Shown: positions 58,676 through 64,000 of the stretch, piece after piece
Numbering within the stretch: the stretch's first letter is position 1
Layout: each line of letters starts with the position of its first letter
From: Campylobacteraceae bacterium
Lineage (GTDB): Bacteria; Campylobacterota; Campylobacteria; Campylobacterales; Sulfurovaceae
Assembly: GCA_027080995.1 (NCBI GenBank)
Contig: JALWNT010000039.1
Span: forward strand, 72,689 to 136,688
Length of the DNA: 64,000 nt
Direction of reading: 5' to 3'
The notes under the pieces: generated by a model
The model's input: only the letters and a program-made list of their open reading frames with translations
Told to the model about the DNA's origin: nothing
Databases searched by the model: none
Program-made: the position numbers and the translations under genes

Positions 58676-58705
58676 TTGACAATCTGATCGAAAAAGCATT
58701 ATAAT
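58676..58705 (+). promoter_or_regulatory. Sigma-70-type promoter for rho (TTGACA-18 nt-TATAAT)
   Basis: TTGACA at 58676-58681 and TATAAT at 58700-58705. It implies a leader of about 130 nt before the ATG at 58841. Confidence 0.55.
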
Positions 58706-58840
58706 AGCGCCACTTGCGAAAACGTGCTTCAAAGCTTCAGTCGAAGCGAAGAGTGAACGATCCCTTGATTTCCGCTCTGCACATTTCAAAAAACTTGTAC
58801 CATCATAAAATCATCCAAGATCAGAGGAAAACAGACGACA

Positions 58841-60184
58841 ATGGAAGAGAACCGTCCCCACAGTCAAAAAAATAACAACCATAATAATGGCGGCAAACGT
58901 CATCAGCGTACCCACACTCCCGTTGAAGGGTACAAGATCGAGGATCTTCAGACCAAACCTCTCGAGGAGTTGGTCGAAATCGCTCGTAAGCTCAAAATCG
59001 AAAACCCCAACGAGTATCAGCGTAAGGATTTGATTTTCGAGATCCTTAAAGCGCAGGTGAGTCAGGGAGGCTACATCCTCTTCACCGGCATTTTGGAAGT
59101 GATGAACGACGGCTATGGCTTCCTCCGCTCCATCGACGGCAACTTCGCCAACTCTTCCAACGACACGTACGTCAGCTCCACTCAGATCAAGCGCTTCGCC
59201 CTGCGAAACGGCGACATCGTCACCGGTCAGGTACGCGCTCCCAAAGAGCAGGAGAAGTACTATGCCCTGCTCAAGATCGAGGCGATCAACTATCTCCCCC
59301 CCGAAGAGTCCAAAAAACGTCCGCTCTTTGACAACCTCACCCCGCTCTATCCTCAGGAAAAGCTCAAGCTTGAATACAACCCTATGAAGTTGACCGGCCG
59401 GGTCATCGATCTCTTCGCACCCATCGGTAAAGGTCAGCGGGCCCTCATCGTGGCACCCCCCCGGACCGGTAAGACCGAACTGCTCAAAGAGGTCGCCCAC
59501 GGCATCAGCCATAACAATCCCGACGCCGCCTTGATGGTCCTCCTCGTCGACGAACGCCCCGAGGAGGTTACCGATATGCAGCGCAGCGTCAAAGGGGAAG
59601 TTTACGCTTCCACCTTCGACCTGCCGGCGCAAAACCACGTCCGTACTGCCGAGATGGTGATCGAGCGGGCCAAGCGCCGGGTGGAGCTGGGACAGGATGT
59701 GATCATCCTCCTCGACTCCATCACCCGTCTGGCAAGGGCCTACAACACCGTCACCCCCAGCTCCGGCAAGGTCCTCTCCGGCGGGGTCGACGCCAACGCC
59801 CTGCACAAGCCCAAGCGCTTCTTCGGTGCCGCGCGCAACATCGAGAACGGCGGCTCCCTCACCATCGTCGCCACGGCGCTCATCGAGACCGGCAGCCGGA
59901 TGGATGAAGTGATCTTTGAAGAGTTCAAAGGGACCGGAAACGCCGAAGTGGTCCTTAGTCGCCACGTCGCCGACCGCCGCATCTATCCCGCCATCGACGT
60001 CACCAAATCCGGCACCCGCAAAGAGGAGCTGCTGACCGATCCCGAAACTCTCCAGAAAGTCTGGGCGATCCGCAACGCCATGCAGAACATGGAAGAGGTC
60101 GAAGGCCTCAAATTCCTCTTCTCCAAAATGCTCAAGACCAAAAGCAACGAAGAGTTCCTCTCCATAATGAACGAGGGTGCTTAA
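58841..60184 (+). CDS. rho: Transcription termination factor Rho
   Basis: 447 aa. It shows ...[14 protein letters not shown]..., Walker [24 protein letters not shown], and [22 protein letters not shown]. Confidence 0.97.
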   Translation: MEENRPHSQKNNNHNNGGKRHQRTHTPVEGYKIEDLQTKPLEELVEIARKLKIENPNEYQRKDLIFEILKAQVSQGGYILFTGILEVMNDGYGFLRSIDGNFANSSNDTYVSSTQIKRFALRNGDIVTGQVRAPKEQEKYYALLKIEAINYLPPEESKKRPLFDNLTPLYPQEKLKLEYNPMKLTGRVIDLFAPIGKGQRALIVAPPRTGKTELLKEVAHGISHNNPDAALMVLLVDERPEEVTDMQRSVKGEVYASTFDLPAQNHVRTAEMVIERAKRRVELGQDVIILLDSITRLARAYNTVTPSSGKVLSGGVDANALHKPKRFFGAARNIENGGSLTIVATALIETGSRMDEVIFEEFKGTGNAEVVLSRHVADRRIYPAIDVTKSGTRKEELLTDPETLQKVWAIRNAMQNMEEVEGLKFLFSKMLKTKSNEEFLSIMNEGA

Positions 60185-60201
60185 CCCTCGTTCATTATGG
60201 A
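60161..60201 (+). terminator. 18-bp perfect hairpin overlapping the last codons and stop of rho, followed by T-rich heptamers
   Basis: TCCATAATGAACGAGGGT (60161-60178), loop gctta, then ACCCTCGTTCATTATGGA (60184-60201). ATTTTGGATTTTGG follows. Confidence 0.65.
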
Positions 60202-60202
60202 A

Positions 60203-60237
60203 TTTTGGATTTTGGATTTTGGGTGTTGGATTGATGG
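60203..60237. repeat. Heptamer array (TTTTGGA)n, left flank of the four-helix-bundle gene
   Basis: TTTTGGA TTTTGGA TTTTGGG TGTTGGA TTGATGG. The last unit contains the ATG at 60234. Confidence 0.9.
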
Positions 60238-60620
60238 GACGCAGTATCGGAAACGATTCTACTGAAAACAATGAAATTCTAGAACTCTCCTTTGCTTTTG
60301 CCAAACGCATTGTTTCCCTTTATAAATATCTTCGAGAAAAACATAATGAATTTGTTCTTTCCAAGCAGGTTTTGCGTTCGGGTACTTCCATTGGTGCCAA
60401 TGTCCATGAAGCCCAGGCAGCCTTAAGTGCCAAAGAGTTTATCGCCAAGCTTTCCATTGCATCGAAGGAGGCACGGGAGACGAGATATTGGCTTCGTCTC
60501 CTGATCGAAACCGGATATCTGGATGGGAAAGCTAAACATGTTCTGAGCCTTATGAAGGAAATCGACTCGATCAACAAAATCCTCACCAGCATTATTCTTA
60601 CAATGCAGAATCGCACATGA
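60234..60620 (+). CDS. Four-helix-bundle protein of the 23S rRNA intervening-sequence protein / Avd-like family
   Basis: 128 aa. It shows ...LSKQVLRSGTSIGANVHEAQAALSAKEFIAKLSIASKEARETRYWLRLL..., the family signature. The gene is AT-rich (17/60 G+C on line 60301-60360). Confidence 0.85.
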   Translation: MGRSIGNDSTENNEILELSFAFAKRIVSLYKYLREKHNEFVLSKQVLRSGTSIGANVHEAQAALSAKEFIAKLSIASKEARETRYWLRLLIETGYLDGKAKHVLSLMKEIDSINKILTSIILTMQNRT

Positions 60621-61432
60621 AAAAATCCAAAATCCAAAATCCAAAATCCAAAACCCCAAAAATTTGCGTTTTCGACTCCGGTTTAGGCGGTCTCACCGTC
60701 GTCCGTTCGATCCGTGAGCGGCTTCCGGGGGCTGAGATCCTCTATCTGGCCGATACGGCCCATGCGCCCTACGGGGAGAAAACCCATGATGAGATCCGCC
60801 GTTACTCACTGGAGATTGCCCGTTTTTTTGTCGAGGAGCAAAAAGCCGATGCTCTGGTGGTGGCCTGCAATACAGCCACCTCGGCGGCGATCGCCGCGCT
60901 GCGGGAACATTATCCCGATCTGCCCATCGTGGGGACCGAGCCGGGGATCAAGCCGGCTTTGAGCGCGACTCAGACAGGAAAGATCGGTGTGATGGCCACC
61001 CCGGCCACTCTGGCAGGGGAGAAGTATCAGGCACTGGTGGATCGTCTCTGCGGTATGCAGGAGGTGGAGCTCTTCGAGCGGGCCTGTCCGGGGCTGGTGG
61101 AGCGGATCGAAGCGGGAGAGATCGACGCACCCGAGACCCGGGCGATGCTGGAGGGGTGGCTCTCTCCCATGCGAAGCGCCGGGGTCGATACCATCGTCCT
61201 GGGCTGCACCCACTATCCCATAGCTGCCGAGGCAATCAGGCAGGTGATGGAGGTGCCGGTGAGGCTGATCGAGACCGGGGAGGCAATCGCCCGGCGTCTG
61301 GCGACGCTGCTGGGGGAGCAGCCGGCCGAAGCGCCGGGACATCTACGAATTTTTGCTACCGGGCCCATCGACGAAGCGGCGGTGGAGCGGATCGTGGGGG
61401 AGAAGGTAGTGATCGATCGGATCGATCGATGA
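60617..61432 (+). CDS. murI: Glutamate racemase
   Basis: ICVFDSGLGGLTV..., VVACNTATS and IVLGCTHYP carry the catalytic Cys motifs. The only ATG (60617, an ATGA overlap with the upstream stop) adds a 13-aa extension encoded by the heptamer array. Confidence 0.92.
   Translation: MKKSKIQNPKSKTPKICVFDSGLGGLTVVRSIRERLPGAEILYLADTAHAPYGEKTHDEIRRYSLEIARFFVEEQKADALVVACNTATSAAIAALREHYPDLPIVGTEPGIKPALSATQTGKIGVMATPATLAGEKYQALVDRLCGMQEVELFERACPGLVERIEAGEIDAPETRAMLEGWLSPMRSAGVDTIVLGCTHYPIAAEAIRQVMEVPVRLIETGEAIARRLATLLGEQPAEAPGHLRIFATGPIDEAAVERIVGEKVVIDRIDR
60620..60663. repeat. Heptamer array (TCCAAAA)n, inverted relative to 60203-60237
   Basis: Four perfect TCCAAAA units at 60626-60653, with degenerate flanks. 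Confidence 0.9.
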
Positions 61433-61479
61433 TTTTGGATTTTGGATTGAGGAGATGGAAGATTGAAGATGGAAGATGA
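61431..61479. repeat. Heptamer-periodic array after murI
   Basis: GATTTTG GATTTTG GATTGAG GAGATGG AAGATTG AAGATGG AAGATGA. It starts inside the murI stop codon. Confidence 0.85.
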
Positions 61480-61494
61480 TTATAGGGGTGGCGG

Positions 61495-62064
61495 ATGAAT
61501 CGACGGGGGTTTTGGATATTTTCCGTTTTGAGTTTGGTGGTGCTCTTTGGCGGAGAATTATCGACGAAGCAGCGTTTTATCGAGGCGGCCAGGGGCCAGG
61601 TGGGCCGGACGCTGATCTACGATCCCGCTTATGTGAAGCTCAAATTCCCGGGCGGGGATGTTCCCATCGTACGTGGGGTCTGTACCGATGTGCTGGTGCG
61701 GGCCTTTCGGGGGGTGGGGATCGATCTGCAGGAGCGGATCTGGCGCCACAAAAAGGCCCATCCCGAGCTCTACAAGGGACTCTACTACACAGACCGTCTC
61801 GATCCCAATATCGACCATCGACGGGTCAAAAACATCCAGGCCTATCTGGCGGCACGGGGCTATCGGGTGCGGGGGCGCTTTCTACCAGGGGATATCGTGG
61901 TCTGGAAGCTCCCCGGCTCCAATCTGGACCATATCGGCATCTGCTCCGATTGTCTCAACACCGCCGGCGAACCCCTCATTATCCATAATGTAGGAGCGGG
62001 GGCCAAAGAGGAGGATGTGCTCCGCTCCTACCGAATCGTCGATCACTTCCGGGTATTTCGCTGA
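61495..62064 (+). CDS. DUF1287 domain protein (exported)
   Basis: 189 aa. LIYDPAYVKLKFPGGDVP...GVCTDVLVRAFR...DHRRVKN...GDIVVWKLPGSNLDHIGI fits the DUF1287 pattern. Confidence 0.8.
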   Translation: MNRRGFWIFSVLSLVVLFGGELSTKQRFIEAARGQVGRTLIYDPAYVKLKFPGGDVPIVRGVCTDVLVRAFRGVGIDLQERIWRHKKAHPELYKGLYYTDRLDPNIDHRRVKNIQAYLAARGYRVRGRFLPGDIVVWKLPGSNLDHIGICSDCLNTAGEPLIIHNVGAGAKEEDVLRSYRIVDHFRVFR

Positions 62065-62777
62065 TGCGTCTGGATGCTTTTTTGGTGGAGCGGGGCGATT
62101 TCTCCAGCCGCAACAAAGCCGCCGAGGCGATCCGTGCCGGGAGGGTCAGCATCGGAGGGCGGCAGATCCTCAAGCCCTCGCATCAAGTGGGACCGGAGGA
62201 TGAAGTCGCCGTCGCGGATGGGGAGGATTGGGTCTCCCGGGCCGCGGGGAAACTGGCGGGCTACCTGCGGGAATATCCCGTCGCCATCGCCGGCAAAACC
62301 TGCCTCGACATCGGCAGCTCCACCGGAGGCTTCACCCAGGTCCTGCTGCGCCGTGGCGCGGCGCGGGTGGATGCGGTGGATGTGGGCCGCGATCAGCTGC
62401 ACCCCTCGTTGCGTGACGATCCAAAAGTCCGTGTCTACGAATCCACCGACATACGTGACTTTAATCCGGGAATCCGCTACCCGATCATCGTCTCGGACGT
62501 GAGTTTCATCAGCCTCTCCCATATCCTCCCCTCCATCGTCCGGCTGGCCGAGGAGGGGGCCGAAGTGATCCTGCTCTTCAAACCCCAGTTCGAAGTGGGC
62601 AGAGAGGCCAAACGGGACCGCCGTGGGGTCGTCACCGACGAGGGGGCGATCGCAGAGGCCATGGAGCGCTTCGAGCAAGAGACGGCGGCGCTGGACTGGG
62701 AACTGCTGCGCAAAGTCCCCAGTAGCGTAACGGGCAAAGAGGGGAATTTGGAGTGGGTTTACCATTTCCGCCTGTAG
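62064..62777 (+). CDS. tlyA: TlyA family rRNA (cytidine-2'-O)-methyltransferase
   Basis: MRLDAFLVERGDFSSRNKA is an S4-like N-terminus. CLDIGSSTGGFTQVLL is the SAM motif, followed by SDVSFISL. The ATG overlaps the upstream TGA by 1 nt. Confidence 0.9.
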   Translation: MRLDAFLVERGDFSSRNKAAEAIRAGRVSIGGRQILKPSHQVGPEDEVAVADGEDWVSRAAGKLAGYLREYPVAIAGKTCLDIGSSTGGFTQVLLRRGAARVDAVDVGRDQLHPSLRDDPKVRVYESTDIRDFNPGIRYPIIVSDVSFISLSHILPSIVRLAEEGAEVILLFKPQFEVGREAKRDRRGVVTDEGAIAEAMERFEQETAALDWELLRKVPSSVTGKEGNLEWVYHFRL

Positions 62778-62784
62778 GCGGAAA
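62765..62784 (+). terminator. Hairpin overlapping the tlyA stop codon (TTTCCGCC-tgta-GGCGGAAA)
   Basis: Perfect 8-bp stem. The TAG stop lies in the loop/right arm, and a heptamer array follows. Confidence 0.5.
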
Positions 62785-62787
62785 CGG

Positions 62788-62829
62788 GATGTTGGATGAT
62801 GGATGTTGAATTTTGGATGAGAATGTGGA
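62788..62829. repeat. Heptamer-periodic array after tlyA
   Basis: GATGTTG GATGATG GATGTTG AATTTTG GATGAGA ATGTGGA. Confidence 0.8.
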
Positions 62830-62863
62830 AAAATGATGTGATTGATCAGAAAGGAGAGACAGG

Positions 62864-63097
62864 ATGCACGTCTATAATGCCGAAGAGCTCCTTGCGGATG
62901 TTGACTCCCTACCGACGGATCTGAAGACAAAGTTGATCGAGAAGCTTTTGAGCAGTCTGAATCCTTCAAAATCAAGTATCGAAGATCTTTGGAAAAAAGA
63001 GGTCGATAGACGTATGGCCGAGATTGAATCGGGAGAGGTCGAACTGATCGAGGGTGAAGAGGTTTTTCGAAAGATCCGTCATCGCTTCGTCAAATGA
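62864..63097 (+). CDS. Addiction-module antitoxin (TIGR02574-like 'putative addiction module component')
   Basis: 77 aa. ...LPTDLKTKLIEKLLSSL....IEDLWKKEVDRRMAEIESGEVELIEGEEVFRKI fits the family pattern. Its stop overlaps the next ATG (ATGA). Confidence 0.7.
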   Translation: MHVYNAEELLADVDSLPTDLKTKLIEKLLSSLNPSKSSIEDLWKKEVDRRMAEIESGEVELIEGEEVFRKIRHRFVK

Positions 63098-63383
63098 ATT
63101 TCAAGTTTCATCCCGAAGCGGAAGATGAACTGAACGCCGCGATTGACTATTACGAAGAGCGGCAGGAGAGTCTCGGGCTGGAGTTTGCACAGGAAGTCTA
63201 CGCCGCCATCCATCGCATCATCGACTTTCCCGAAGCCTGGCAAAAGATGACGTAAACGACCGCCGCTGCCTGACGAACCGTTTTCCTTTCGGTATCGTTT
63301 ATACGGTAAATGATGAAACAATCGTTATTGTTGCCGTGATGCATCTCAATCGTGAACCGTATTACTGGAAAAAACGAACATGA
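63094..63383 (+). pseudogene. ParE/RelE-family toxin gene interrupted by a frameshift
   Basis: Frame 1 gives MNFKFHPEAEDELNAAIDYYEERQESLGLEFAQEVYAAIHRIIDFPEAWQKMT, ending at TAA 63253-63255. The conserved C-terminus (D)VNDRRCLTNRFPFGIVYTVNDETIVIVAVMHLNREPYYWKKRT continues in the frame starting at 63249, to TGA at 63381-63383. Confidence 0.65.
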
Positions 63384-63465
63384 TCTGAATTGACGAAATG
63401 CAATCTGTATGATTGTAGCAATAATTTCCCGTTACAATAATCAAAACTCCCAATGAGGTACACCC

Positions 63466-64000
63466 ATGTCGTCAGCCAATACCATCACCTGTCCCAACTG
63501 CGGAACAGTCATCGATATCGATGAGATCTTCTATCACCAGATCGAAGCCAAGTTCAAAAAAGAGCAGATCGAGGAGCGAAAGAGGCTTCAGGCGGAGATC
63601 GAGGAGGCACGCAAGCAGTACCGAAGCCATCTCGATTCTCTCAAAGCCAAAGAGGAGGCACTGAAGGAGGAGAAGGAGCGATTCGACGAGAAGCTGAGAC
63701 AGGCGACGAAGGAGCAGTTGCGTCAGGAGAGGGCGAAGCTGGCCGAGGAGCTGAAAAAGGAGATCACCGCCGAGCAGAGCGCGGCGATGGAGATGCTCAA
63801 GAAGGAGCTGGAGGCCAAATCCAAGGAGGTCCAGGAGCTCTCGGCGGCGAAGATCGAGATCGAGCGGCTCAAGCGGGAGAAAGAGGAGGCGGCGCTGAAG
63901 GCCAAGGCCGAAGCGGAAGCCAAACTCAACGAAGCCCTGGCCAAGGAGCGGCAGAAGCTCCAGAAGAGCCTGGACGAGATCGCCGCCCAGCGCCTCAAAA
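63466..64000 (+). CDS. DUF2130-like protein (N-terminal zinc ribbon + long coiled coil), 3' end outside the window
   Basis: MSSANTITCPNCGTVIDIDEIFYHQIEAKFKKEQ... is followed by a Glu/Lys-rich coiled coil. The frame is open to the window edge. Confidence 0.6.
   Translation, partial: MSSANTITCPNCGTVIDIDEIFYHQIEAKFKKEQIEERKRLQAEIEEARKQYRSHLDSLKAKEEALKEEKERFDEKLRQATKEQLRQERAKLAEELKKEITAEQSAAMEMLKKELEAKSKEVQELSAAKIEIERLKREKEEAALKAKAEAEAKLNEALAKERQKLQKSLDEIAAQRLK

Noticed and set aside
58811-60310. 499-aa minus-strand ORF opposite rho
   Set aside because: It is a shadow of rho. It also runs across the terminator hairpin and the heptamer array.
60203-60663. CRISPR array
   Set aside because: The repeats are 7-nt units in direct contact with no spacers, and the two arrays are inverted around a protein gene. 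The same applies to all other period-7 arrays in the window. No cas genes are present.

Overview
This is a 64-kb, gene-dense chromosomal segment with about 57 protein-coding genes. I recognised no rRNA, tRNA or CRISPR array. Coding DNA is GC-rich: hand counts on single 60-nt lines give 35/60 in katG and 42/60 in rho. Intergenic regions are short and AT-rich, with extended -10 (TGnTATAAT) promoters. The gene content (desulforubrerythrin, SpeA, stand-alone PurL, PckA, PagL/MsbA, Rho, MurI, TlyA) suggests a Campylobacterota-like genome, but that is inference only.

All family calls come from motif recognition on the supplied translations. No BLAST or HMM search was possible.

Recognised housekeeping genes:
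- ABC-F ATPase, rmuC, acyP, msrA
- An RND efflux triad (adaptor, pump, outer-membrane factor) and a LysE exporter
- uvrA, speA, cysE, purL, pckA, trpS, msbA
- A SulP permease, gltA, cspA, rho, murI, tlyA

Unusual content, in window order:
1. A four-gene operon encoding an SPFH protein, a double-zinc-ribbon protein, a VWA protein with 4 x 249-bp in-frame repeats, and a secreted protein (2187-8147).
2. A 117-nt palindromic intergenic element present in two copies whose terminal stems differ by a compensated base pair, plus possible degenerate relatives.
3. A peroxide-stress block (ferritin-like, desulforubrerythrin, KatG) behind a near-consensus PerR-type box.
4. A strongly AT-rich diguanylate cyclase gene.
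5. A five-gene exported cluster built from tandem paralogue pairs (YARHG/SH3b, 2 x DUF3298-like, 2 x beta-propeller-like) next to an M15 peptidase.
6. A degenerate NtrB/NtrC-like gene pair.
7. Two convergent LPS-kinase-like paralogues that both lack the catalytic Asp.
8. Many intergenic tandem arrays with strict 7-nt periodicity. These include inverted arrays that bracket an AT-rich Avd-like four-helix-bundle gene inserted between rho and murI.
9. A frameshifted ParE/RelE-type toxin, followed by a DUF2130-like gene at the window edge.

My best candidates for an undescribed system are items 1, 5 and 8.
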